The position numbers and the translations under genes are program-made. This document shows positions 1 through 12,700 of a DNA stretch of 59,273 bases, one piece after another (positions within the stretch are counted from its first letter, which is position 1; each line of letters begins with the position of its first letter). This DNA is from Utricularia gibba (Eukaryota; Plantae; Magnoliophyta), in assembly GCA_002189035.1 (NCBI GenBank), contig NEEC01000194.1:1-59273 (forward strand), written 5' to 3'. The notes under the pieces are model-generated. The model made no database searches. It worked only from the letters and a program-made list of their open reading frames with translations, and was not told the origin of the DNA.

Positions 1-3000
1 AGGCAGCCTATTAAAACCAACGTTAATAAATGCATCAAGTTTTTTGCCGAGCTACAAATGACTATGGGCCGAGCTCGACTCGACCTCCTACTCGATACCG
101 TTGCCCCACGAGAGCGCCTTATCAAATATAAAGCATGCGGTTGAGAAAACCATTTTGGGTGCTCATGAATCCTAACTTCAATAACTGCATCACGATTTTC
201 GTCGAGTAGGACCCGATGTGGCAAAGGAGTCAGAAGAACCTTGGTCCGAACGAAGTTCCAACGACATCACCCGCCAGAAACGACAAGCTTTTCCTTGAGA
301 AACTATGTAGGCAGCCTAATAAACCGAACGTTAATAAATGCATCAATTTTTTTGCGGGCTACAAATGACTCTGGGAGCGAGCCCGACTCGACCTTTTGCC
401 CGATACCGTGCCCACTAGAGCGCCTCCTAAACTACAAAGCATGCGATTGAGAAAAGCATTTTGGGTGCTCATGAAATCCTAACTTCAATAACTGCATCAC
501 GATTTTCGTCGAGTAGGACCCGATGTGGCAAAGGAGTCAGACCGAACCTTGGGTCAGAACGAAGTTCCAACGACATCACCCGCCAGAACGACAAGCTTTT
601 CCTTGAGAAACTATGTAGGCAGCCTAATAAAGCCGAACGTTAATAAATGCATCAATTTTTTTTTGCCGGGCTACAAATGACTCTGGGCCCGAGCTCGACT
701 CGACCTCCTGCTCGATACCGTTGCCCACGAGAGTGCCTTATCAAATATAAAGCATGCGGTTGAGAAAACCATTTTGGGTGCTCATGATATCCTAACTTCA
801 ATAACTGCATCACGATTTTCGTCGAGTAGGACCGATGTGGCAAAGGAGTCAGACGAACCTATGGTCAGAACGAAGTTCCAAAAGACATCACCCGCCCAGA
901 AACGACAAGCTTTTCCTTGAGAAACTATGTAGGCAGCCTAATAAAGCCGAACGTTAATAAATGCATCAATTTTTTTGCCGGGCTACAAATGACTCTGGGA
1001 CCGAGCTCGACTCGACCTCCTGCTCGATACCGTTGCCCCACGAGAGTGCCTTATCAAATATAAAGCATGCGGTTGAGAAAACCATTTTGGGTGCTCATGA
1101 TATCCTAACTTCAATAACTGCATCACGATTTTCGTCGAGTAGGACCCGATGTGGCAAAGGAGTCAGACCGAACCTATGGTCAGAACGAAGTTCCAAAGAC
1201 ATCACCCGCCGAAACGACAAGCTTTTCCTTGAGAAACTATGTAGGCAGCCTAATAAAGCCGAACGTTAATAAATGCATCAATTTTTTTGCCGGGCTACAA
1301 ATGACTCTGGGCCCGAGCTCGACTCGACCTCCTGCTCGATACCGTTGCCCCACGAGAGTGCCTTATCAAATATAAAGCATGCGGTTGAGAAAACCATTTT
1401 GGGTGCTCATGATATCCTAACTTCAATAACTGCATCACGATTTTCGTCGAGTAGGACCCGATGTGGCAAAGGAGTCAGACCGAACCTATGGTCAGAACGA
1501 AGTTCCAACGACATCACCCGCCCAAAAACGACAAGCTTTTCCTTGAGAAACCATGTAGGCAGCCTATTAAAACAACGTTAATAAATGCATCAATTTTTTG
1601 CCGAGCTACAAATGACTATGGGCCCGAGCTCGACTCGACCTCCTGCTCGATACCGTTGCCCCACGAGAGCCTTATCAAATATAAAGCATGCGGTTGAGAA
1701 AACCATTTTGGGTGCTCATGATATCCTAACTTCAATAACTGCATCACGATTTTCGTCGAGTAGGACCCGATGTGGCAAAGGAGTCAGACCGAACCTATGG
1801 TCAGAACGAAGTTCCAAAAGACATCACCCGCCCAGAAACGACAAGCTTTTCCTTGAGAAACCATGTAGGCAGCCTAATTAAAACCGTTAATAAATGCATC
1901 AATTTTTTTGCCGGGCTACAAATGACTCTGGGCCGAGCTCGACTCGACCTCCTGCTCGATACCGTTGCCCCACGAGAGTGCCTTATCAAATATAAAGCAT
2001 GCGGTTGAGAAAACCTTTTTGGGTGCTCATGAATCCTAACTTCAATAACTGCATCACGATTTTCGTCGAGTAGGACCCGATGTGGCAAAGGAGTCAGACC
2101 GAACCTATGGTCAGAACGAAGTTCCAAAAGACATCACCCGCCAGAAACGACAAGCTTTTCCTTGAGAAACTATGTAGGCAGCCTAATAAAGCCGAACGTT
2201 AATAAATGCATCAATTTTTTTGCCGGGCTACAAATGACTCTGGGCCCGAGCTCGACTCGACCTCCTGCTCGATACCGTTGCCCCACGAGAGTGCCTTATC
2301 AAATATAAAGCATGCGGTTGAAAAAACATTTTGGGTGCTCATGAAATCCTAACTTCAATAACTGCATCACGATTTTCGTCGAGTAGGACCCGATGTGGCA
2401 AAGGAGTCAGACCGAACCTTGGTCAGAACGAAGTTCACAACGACATCACCCGCCAAAACGACAAGCTTTTCCTTGAGAAAACCATTGAGGCAGCCTATTA
2501 AAAACCGTTAATAAATGCATCAAGTTTTTTGCCGAGCTACAAATGACTATGGGCCCGAGCTCGACTCGACCTCCTGCTCGATACCGTTGCCCACGAGAGC
2601 CTTATCAAATATAAAGCATGCGGTTGAGAAAACCATTTTGGGTGCTCATGAATCCTAACTTCAATAACTGCATCACGATTTTCGTCGAGTAGGACCCGAT
2701 GTGGCAAAGGAGTCAGACCGAACCTTGGGTCAGAACGAAGTTCCAAAAGACATCACCCGCCCAGAAACGACAAGCTTTTCCTTGAGAAACTATGTAGGCA
2801 GCCTAATAAAACCGAACGTTAATAAATGCATCAATTTTTTTGCCGGCTACAAATGACTCTGGGCCCGAGCTCGACTCGACCTCCTACTCGATACCGTTGC
2901 CCCACGAGAGCGCCTTCAAATATAAAGCATGCGGTTGAGAAAACCATTTTGGGTGCTCATGAATCCTAACTTCAATAACTGCATCACGATTTTCGTCGAG

Positions 3001-3720
3001 TAGGACCCGATGTGGCAAAGGAGTCAGACCGAACCTTGGTCAGAACGAAGTTCCAAAAGACATCACCCGCCAGAAACGACAAGCTTTTCCTTGAGAAACT
3101 ATGTAGGCAGCCTAATAAAGCCGAACGTTAATAAATGCATCAATTTTTTTGCCGGGCTACAAATGACTCTGGGCCGAGCTCGACTCGACCTCCTGCTCGA
3201 TACCGTTGCCCACGAGAGTGCCTTATCAAATATAAAGCATGCGGTTGAGAAAACCATTTTGGGTGCTCATGAATCCTAACTTCAATAACTGCATCACGAT
3301 TTTCGTCGAGTAGGACCCGATGTGGCAAAGGAGTCAGACCGAACCTATGGTCAGAACGAAGTTCAAAAGACATCACCGCCCAGAAACGACAAGCTTTTCC
3401 TTGAGAAACTATGTAGGCAGCCTAATAAAGCCGAACGTTAATAAATGCATCAATTTTTTGCCGGGCTACAAATGACTCTGGGCCGAGCTCGACTCGACCT
3501 CCTGCTCGATACCGTTGCCCCACGAGAGTGCCTTATCAAATATAAAGCATGCGGTTGAGAAAACCATTTTGGGTGCTCATGAAATCCTAACTTCAATAAC
3601 TGCATCACGATTTTCGTCGAGTAGGACCCGATGTGGCAAAGGAGTCAGACCGAACCTTGGGTCAGAACGAAGTTCACAACGACATCACCCGCCCAAAACG
3701 ACAAGCTTTTCCTTGAGAAA
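1..3720 (+). repeat. Irregular A-class-rich segment (D monomer at ~309 followed by a run of mostly A-like monomers; B at ~2482 and 3721)
   Basis: D markers (GAGCCCGAC, CCTTTTGCCCG, CACTAGAG, GCGATTG) at ~375-450. A markers (CTATGT, CCTAATAAAGCCG, GCCGGGCT, GAGAGTGCC, CATGATATCC) dominate 617-2400. Confidence 0.65.
171..212 (+). other. Near-invariant 42-bp box present once per monomer (CCTAACTTCAATAACTGCATCACGATTTTCGTCGAGTAGGAC); first copy shown
   Basis: Essentially identical across A, B, C, X and D monomers, whereas the flanks carry the class-diagnostic variants. It has one fixed substitution (C>G) in the E domain. Function unknown. Confidence 0.6.
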
Positions 3721-6700
3721 CCATTGAGGCAGCCTATTAAAACCAAACGTTAATAAATGCATCAAGTTTTTTGCCGAGCTACAAATGACTATGGGCCCGA
3801 GCTCGACTCGACCTCCTACTCGATACCGTTGCCCACGAGAGCACCTTATCAAATATAAAGCATGCGGTTGAGAAAACCATTTTGGGTGCTCATGAAATCC
3901 TAACTTCAATAACTGCATCACGATTTTCGTCGAGTAGGACCCGATGTGGCAAAGGAGTCAGACAGAACCTTGGGTCAGAACGAAGTTCCCAACGACATCA
4001 CCCGCCAGAAACGACAAGCTTTTCCTTGAGAAAACAATGTAGGCAGCTATTAAAACCAACGTTAATAAATGCATCAAGTTTTTTGCCGGCTACAAATGAC
4101 TATGGGCCCGAGCTCGACTCGACCTCCTACTCGATACCGTTGCCCCACGAGAGCGCCTTCAAATATAAAGCATGCGGTTGAGAAAACCATTTTGGGTGCT
4201 CATGAAATCCTAACTTCAATAACTGCATCACGATTTTCGTCGAGTAGGACCGATGTGGCAAAGGAGTCAGACAGAACCTTGGGTCAGAACGAAGTTCCCA
4301 ACGACATCACCCGCCAGAAACGACAAGCTTTTCCTTGAGAAACTATGTAGGCAGCCTAATAGCCGAACGTTAATAAATGCATCAATTTTTTTGCGGGCTA
4401 CAAATGACTCTGGGCCGAGCTCGACTCGACCTCCTGCTCGATACCGTTGCCCCACGAGAGCACCTTATCAAATATAAAGCATGCGGTTGAGAAAACCATT
4501 TTGGGTGCTCATGAATCCTAACTTCAATAACTGCATCACGATTTTCGTCGAGTAGGACCCGATGTGGCAAAGGAGTCAGACCGAACCTGGGTCAACGAAG
4601 TTCCAACGACATCACCCGCCAGAAACGACAAGCTTTTCCTTGAGAAAACAATGTAGGCAGCTATTAAAACCAACGTTAATAAATGCATCAAGTTTTTTGC
4701 CGAGCTACAAATGACTATGGGCCCGAGCTCGACTCGACCTCCTACTCGATACCGTTGCCCCACGAGAGCGCCTCCTCAAATATAAAGCATGCGGTTGAGA
4801 AAACCATTTTGGGTGCTCATGACATCCTAACTTCAATAACTGCATCACGATTTTCGTCGAGTAGGACCCGATGTGGCAAAGGAGTCAGACCGAACCTTGG
4901 GTCAGAACGAAGTTCCAACGACATCACCCGCCCAGAAACGACAAGCTTTTCCTTGAGAAACTATGTAGGCAGCCTAATAAAGCCGAACGTTAATAAATGC
5001 ATCAATTTTTTGCGGGCTACAAATGACTCTGGGCCGAGCTCGACTCGACCTTTGCTCGATACCGTTGCCCACGAGAGCGCCTCAAATATAAAGCATGCGG
5101 TTGAGAAAACATTTTGGGTGCTCATGAATCCTAACTTCAATAACTGCATCACGATTTTCGTCGAGTAGGACCCGATGTGGCAAAGGAGTCAGACCGAACC
5201 TTGGTCAGAACGAAGTTCCAACGACATCACCCGCCAGAAACGACAAGCTTTTCCTTGAGAAACTATGTAGGCAGCCTAATAAAGCCGAACGTTAATAAAT
5301 GCATCAATTTTTTTTTCCCGGGCTACAAATGACTCTGGGCCCGAGCTCGACTCGACCTCCTGCTCGATACCGTTGCCCCACGAGAGTGCCTTATCAAATA
5401 TAAAGCATGCGGTTGAGAAAACCATTTTGGGTGCTCATGAATCCTAACTTCAATAACTGCATCACGATTTTCGTCGAGTAGGACCCGATGTGGCAAAGGA
5501 GTCAGACCGAACCTGGGTCAAACGAAGTTCCAAAAGACATCACCCGCCAGAAACGACAAGCTTTTCCTTGAGAAACTATGTAGGCAGCCTATAAAACCAA
5601 CGTTAATAAATGCATCAATTTTTTTGCCGGGCTACAAATGACTCTGGGCCGAGCTCGACTCGACCTCCTGCTCGATACCGTTGCCCCACGAGAGTGCCTT
5701 ATCAAATATAAAGCATGCGGTTGAGAAAACCATTTTGGGTGCTCATGATATCCTAACTTCAATAACTGCATCACGATTTTCGTCGAGTAGGACCCGATGT
5801 GGCAAAGGAGTCAGACCGAACCTATGGTCAGAACGAAGTTCCAAAAGACATCACCCGCCCAGAAACGACAAGCTTTTCCTTGAGAAACTATGTAGGCAGC
5901 CTAATAAAGCCGAACGTTAATAAATGCATCAATTTTTTTGCCGGGCTACAAATGACTCTGGGCCGAGCTCGACTCGACCTCCTGCTCGATACCGTTGCCC
6001 CACGAGAGTGCCTTATCAAATATAAAGCATGCGATTTGAAAAAACATTTTGGGTGCTCATGAAATCCTAACTTCAATAACTGCATCACGATTTTCGTCGA
6101 GTAGGACCAGATGTGGCAAAGGAGTCAGACCGAACCTTGGTCAGAACGAAGTTCACAACGACATCACCCGCCCAAAAACGACAAGCTTTTCCTTGAGAAA
6201 ACATTGAGGCAGCCTATTAAAACCAACGTTAATAAATGCATCAAGTTTTTTGCCGAGCTACAAATGACTATGGGCCCGAGCTCGACTCGACCTCCTACTC
6301 GATACCGTTGCCCCGAGAGCACCTTATCAAATATAAAGCATGCGGTTGAGAAAACCATTTTGGGTGCTCATGAAATCCTAACTTCAATAACTGCATCACG
6401 ATTTTCGTCGAGTAGGACCCGATGTGGCAAAGGAGTCAGACCGAACCTTGGGTCAGAACGAAGTTCCCAACGACATCACCCGCCCAAAACGACAAGCTTT
6501 TCCTTGAGAAACATGTAGGCCTATTAAAAACGTTAATAAATGCATCAAGTTTTTTGCCGAGCTACAAATGACTGGGCCGAGCTCGACTCGACCTCCTGCT
6601 CGATACCGTTGCCCCACGAGAGCGCCTTCAAATATAAAGCATGCGGTTGAGAAAACCATTTTGGGTGCTCATGAATCCTAACTTCAATAACTGCATCACG

Positions 6701-9700
6701 ATTTTCGTCGAGTAGGACCCGATGTGGCAAAGGAGTCAGACAGAACCTTGGTCCGAACGAAGTTCCAACGACATCACCCGCCCAGAAACGACAAGCTTTT
6801 CCTTGAGAAACTATGTAGGCAGCCTAATAAAGCCGAACGTTAATAAATGCATCAATTTTTTGCGGGCTACAAATGACTCTGGGCCCGAGCTCGACTCGAC
6901 CTCCTGCTCGATACCGTTGCCCCACGAGAGCCCTTATCAAATATAAAGCATGCGGTTGAGAAAACCATTTTGGGTGCTCATGAATCCTAACTTCAATAAC
7001 TGCATCACGATTTTCGTCGAGTAGGACCCGATGTGGCAAAGGAGTCAGACCGAACCTTGGTCAGAACGAAGTTCCAACGACATCACCCGCCCAGAAACGA
7101 CAAGCTTTTCCTTGAGAAAACAATGTAGGCAGCTATTAAAACCCAACGTTAATAAATGCATCAATTTTTTGCCGAGCTACAAATGACTATGGGCCAAGCT
7201 CGACTCGACCTCCTGCTCGATACCGTTGCCCCACGAGAGCGCCTCCTCAAATATAAAGCATGCGGTTGAGAAAACCATTTTGGGTGCTCATGAATCCTAA
7301 CTTCAATAACTGCATCACGATTTTCGTCGAGTAGGACCCGATGTGGCAAAGGAGTCAGACCGAACCTTGGGTCAGAACGAAGTTCCAAAAGACATCACCC
7401 GCCAGAAACGACAAGCTTTTCCTTGAGAAACTATGTAGGCAGCCTAATAAGCCGAACGTTAATAAATGCATCAATTTTTTTGCGGGCTACAAATGACTCT
7501 GGGCGAGCCCGACTCGACCTTTGCCCGATACCGTGCCCCACTAGAGCCCTCCTAAATACAAAGCATGCGATTGAAAAACATTTTGGGTGCTCATGAAATC
7601 CTAACTTCAATAACTGCATCACGATTTTCGTCGAGTAGGACCCGATGTGGCAAAGGAGTCAGACCGAACCTTGGTCAACGAAGTTCCAACGACATCACCG
7701 CCAGAAACGACAAGCTTTTCCTTGAGAAAATGTAGGCAGCCTAATTAAAGCCGAACGTTAATAAATGCATCAATTTTTTTGCCGGGCTACAAATGACTCT
7801 GGGCCCGAGCTCGACTCGACCTCCTGCTCGATACCGTTGCCCCACGAGAGTGCCTTATCAAATATAAAGCATGCGGTTGAGAAAACCATTTTGGGTGCTC
7901 ATGATATCCTAACTTCAATAACTGCATCACGATTTTCGTCGAGTAGGACCCGATGTGGCAAAGGAGTCAGACGAACCTATGGTCAGAACGAAGTTCCAAA
8001 AGACATCACCCGCCCAGAAACGACAAGCTTTTCCTTGAGAAACTATGTAGGCAGCCTAATAAAGCCGAACGTTAATAAATGCATCAATTTTTTTTGCCGG
8101 GCTACAAATGACTCTGGGCCGAGCTCGACTCGACCCTGCTCGATACCGTTGCCCCACGAGAGTGCCTTATCAAATATAAAGCATGCGGTTGAGAAAACCT
8201 TTTGGGTGCTCATGATATCCTAACTTCAATAACTGCATCACGATTTTCGTCGAGTAGGACCCGATGTGGCAAAGGAGTCAGACCGAACCTATGGTCAGAA
8301 CGAAGTTCCAAAAGACATCACCCGCCAGAAACGACAAGCTTTTCCTTGAGAAACTATGTAGGCAGCCTAATAAAGCCGAACGTTAATAAATGCATCAATT
8401 TTTTTGCCGGGCTACAAATGACTCTGGGCCCGAGCTCGACTCGACCTCCTGCTCGATACCGTTGCCCCACGAGAGCCTTATCAAATATAAAGCATGCGGT
8501 TGAGAAAACCATTTTGGGTGCTCATGAAATCCTAACTTCAATAACTGCATCACGATTTTCGTCGAGTAGGACCCGATGTGGCAAAGGAGTCAGACCGAAC
8601 CTTGGGTCAGAACGAAGTTCACAACGACATCACCCGCCCAAAACGACAAGCTTTTCCTTGAGAAAACCATTAGGCAGCCTATTAAAACCAACGTTAATAA
8701 ATGCATCAAGTTTTTTGCCGAGCTACAAATGACTATGGGCCCGAGCTCGACTCGACCTCCTACTCGATACCGTTGCCCCACGAGAGCCCTTATCAAATAT
8801 AAAGCATGCGGTTGAGAAAACCATTTTGGGTGCTCATGAAATCCTAACTTCAATAACTGCATCACGATTTTCGTCGAGTAGGACCCGATGTGGCAAAGGA
8901 GTCAGACCGAACCTTGGGTCAGAACGAAGTTCCAACGACATCACCCGCGAAACGACAAGCTTTTCCTTGAGAAACTGTAGGCAGCTATTAAAACCAACGT
9001 TAATAATGCATCAATTTTTTGCCGGCTACAAATGACTCTGGGCCCGAGCTCGACTCGACCTCCTGCTCGATACCGTTGCCCCACGAGAGCGCCTTATCAA
9101 ATATAAAGCATGCGGTTGAGAAAACCATTTTGGGTGCTCATGAATCCTAACTTCAATAACTGCATCACGATTTTCGTCGAGTAGGACCCGATGTGGCAAA
9201 GGAGTCAGACAGAACCTTGGGTCAGAACGAAGTTCCAACGACATCACCCGCCAGAAACGACAAGCTTTTCCTTGAGAAACTATGTAGGCAGCCTAAAAAC
9301 CAACGTTAATAAATGCATCAATTTTTTGCGGGCTACAAATGACTCTGGGCCCGAGCTCGACTCGACCTCCTGCTCGATACCGTTGCCCCACGAGAGCACC
9401 TTATCAAATATAAAGCATGCGGTTGAGAAAACCATTTTGGGTGCTCATGAATCCTAACTTCAATAACTGCATCACGATTTTCGTCGAGTAGGACCCGATG
9501 TGGCAAAGGAGTCAGACCGAACCTTTGGTCAGAACGAAGTTCCAACGACATCACCCGCCAGAAACGACAAGCTTTTCCTTGAGAAACATGTAGGCAGCTA
9601 TTAAAACCAAACGTTAATAAATGCATCAAGTTTTTTTGCCGAGCTACAAATGACTATGGGCCCGAGCTCGACTCGACCTCCTGCTCGATACCGTTGCCCA

Positions 9701-12700
9701 CGAGAGCGCCTCCTCAAATATAAAGCATGCGGTTGAGAAAACCATTTTGGGTGCTCATGAATCCTAACTTCAATAACTGCATCACGATTTTCGTCGAGTA
9801 GGACCCGATGTGGCAAAGGAGTCAGACAGAACCTTGGGTCCGAACGAAGTTCCAACGACATCACCCGCCAGAAACGACAAGCTTTTCCTTGAGAAAACTA
9901 TGTAGGCAGCCTAATAAAGCCGAACGTTAATAAATGCATCAATTTTTTGCGGGCTACAAATGACTCTGGGCCGAGCTCGACTCGACCTCGCTCGATACCG
10001 TTGCCCCACGAGAGCGCCTAAATATAAAGCATGCGGTTGAAAAACATTTTGGGTGCTCATGAAATCCTAACTCAATAACTGCATCACGATTTTCGTCGAG
10101 TAGGACCCGATGTGGCAAAGGAGTCAGACAGAACCTTGGTCAGAACGAAGTTCCAACGACATCACCGCCAGAAACAAAGCTTTTCCTTGAGAAACTATGT
10201 AGGCAGCCTAATAAAGCCGAACGTTAATAAATGCATCAATTTTTTGCCGGGCTACAAATGACTCTGGGCCGAGCTCGACTCGACCTCCTGCTCGATACCG
10301 TTGCCCCCGAGAGTGCCTTATCAAATATAAAGCATGCGGTTGAGAAAACCATTTTGGGTGCTCATGATATCCTAACTTCAATAACTGCATCACGATTTTC
10401 GTCGAGTAGGACCCGATGTGGCAAAGGAGTCAGACGAACCTATGGTCAGAACGAAGTTCCAAAAGACATCACCCGCCCAGAAACGACAAGCTTTTCCTTG
10501 AGAAACTATGTAGGCAGCCTAATAAAGCCGAACGTTAATAAATGCATCAATTTTTTTGCCGGGCTACAAATGACTCTGGGCCCGAGCTCGACTCGACCCT
10601 GCTCGATACCGTTGCCCCACGAGAGTGCCTTATCAAATATAAAGCATGCGGTTGAGAAAACCATTTTGGGTGCTCATGATATCCTAACTTCAATAACTGC
10701 ATCACGATTTTCGTCGAGTAGGACCCGATGTGGCAAAGGAGTCAGACCGAACCTATGGTCAGAACGAAGTTCCAAAAGACATCACCGCCCAGAAAACGAC
10801 AAGCTTTTCCTTGAGAAACTATGTAGGCAGCCTAATAAAACCGAACGTTAATAAATGCATCAATTTTTTTTGCCGGGCTACAAATGACTCTGGGCCAGCT
10901 CGACTCGACCTCCTGCTCGATACCGTTGCCCCACGAGAGTGCCTTATCAAATATAAAGCATGCGGTTGAAAAAAATTTTGGGTGCTCATGAATCCTAACT
11001 TCAATAACTGCATCACGATTTTCGTCGAGTAGGACCCGATGTGGCAAAGGAGTCAGACCGAACCTTGGGTCAGAACGAAGTTCCAACGACATCACCGCCC
11101 AAAACGACAAGCTTTTCCTTGAGAAAACATTGAGGCAGCCTATTAAAACAACGTTAATAAATGCATCAAGTTTTTTGCCGAGCTACAAATGACTCTGGGC
11201 CCGAGCTCGACTCGACCTCTACTCGATACCGTTGCCCCACGAGAGCCTTATCAAATATAAAGCATGCGGTTGAGAAAACCATTTTGGGTGCTCATGAATC
11301 CTAACTTCAATAACTGCATCACGATTTTCGTCGAGTAGGACCCGATGTGGCAAAGGAGTCAGACCGAACCTTGGGTCAGAACGAAGTTCCAACGACATCA
11401 CCCGCCAGAAACGACAAGCTTTTCCTTGAGAAACAATGTAGGCCTATTAAAACCCAACGTTAATAAATGCATCAAGTTTTTTGCCGAGCTACAAATGACT
11501 CTGGGCCGAGCTCGACTCGACCCCTACTCGATACCGTTGCCCCACGAGAGCGCCTTATCAAATATAAAGCATGCGGTTGAGAAAACCATTTTGGGTGCTC
11601 ATGAATCCTAACTTCAATAACTGCATCACGATTTTCGTCGAGTAGGACCCGATGTGGCAAAGGAGTCAGACAGAACCTTGGGTCAGAACGAAGTTCCCAA
11701 CGACATCACCGCCAGAAACGACAAGCTTTTCCTTGAGAAACTATGTAGGCAGCCTAATAAAGCCGAACGTTAATAAATGCATCAATTTTTTGCGGCTACA
11801 AATGACTCTGGGCCCGAGCTCGACTCGACCTCCTGCTCGATACCGTTGCCCCACGAGAGCACCTTATCAAATATAAAGCATGCGGTTGAGAAAACCATTT
11901 TGGGTGCTCATGAATCCTAACTTCAATAACTGCATCACGATTTTCGTCGAGTAGGACCCGATGTGGCAAAGGAGTCAGACAGAACCTTGGTCAGAACGAA
12001 GTTCCAACGACATCACCCGCCAGAAACGACAAGCTTTTCCTTGAAAAACAATGTAGGCGCTATTAAAACCAACGTTAATAATGCATCAAGTTTTTTTGCC
12101 GAGCTACAAATGACTATGGGCCCGAGCTCGACTCGACCTCCTACTCGATACCGTTGCCCCACGAGAGCGCCTCCTCAAATATAAAGCATGCGGTTGAGAA
12201 AACCATTTTGGGTGCTCATGAATCCTAACTTCAATAACTGCATCACGATTTTCGTCGAGTAGGACCCGATGTGGCAAAGGAGTCAGACAGAACCTTGGGT
12301 CAGAACGAAGTTCCAAACGACATCACCGCCCAGAAACGACAAGCTTTTCCTTGAGAAACTATGTAGGCAGCCTAATAAAGCCGAACGTTAATAAATGCAT
12401 CAATATTTTTGCGGGCTACAAATGACTCTGGGAGCGAGCTCGACTCGACCTGCCCGATACCGTTGCCCACTAGAGCGCCTTAAATATAAAGCATGCGATT
12501 GAAAAACATTTTGGGTGCTCATGAAATCCTAACTTCAATAACTGCATCACGATTTTCGTCGAGTAGGACCCGATGTGGCAAAGGAGTCAGACAGAACCTT
12601 GGGTCAGAACGAAGTTCCCAACGACATCACCGCCAGAAACGACAAGCTTTTCCTTGAGAAACTATGTAGGCAGCCTATAAAACCGAACGTTAATAAATGC

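Noticed and set aside
153-176. Degenerate plant telomere motifs (TTTTGGG, CCTAAC, CCCAAAA, TTTAGGC)
   Set aside because: They are isolated 6-7-mers in both orientations with no tandem (TTTAGGG)n; too short to separate from chance or to infer telomere direction.
238-255. CENP-B-box-like motif (minus-strand CTTCGTT; plus-strand TTTCGTCGAGTAGGAC at ~197-212)
   Set aside because: Only the TTCG part of NTTCGNNNNANNCGGGN matches; the required A and CGGG are absent.
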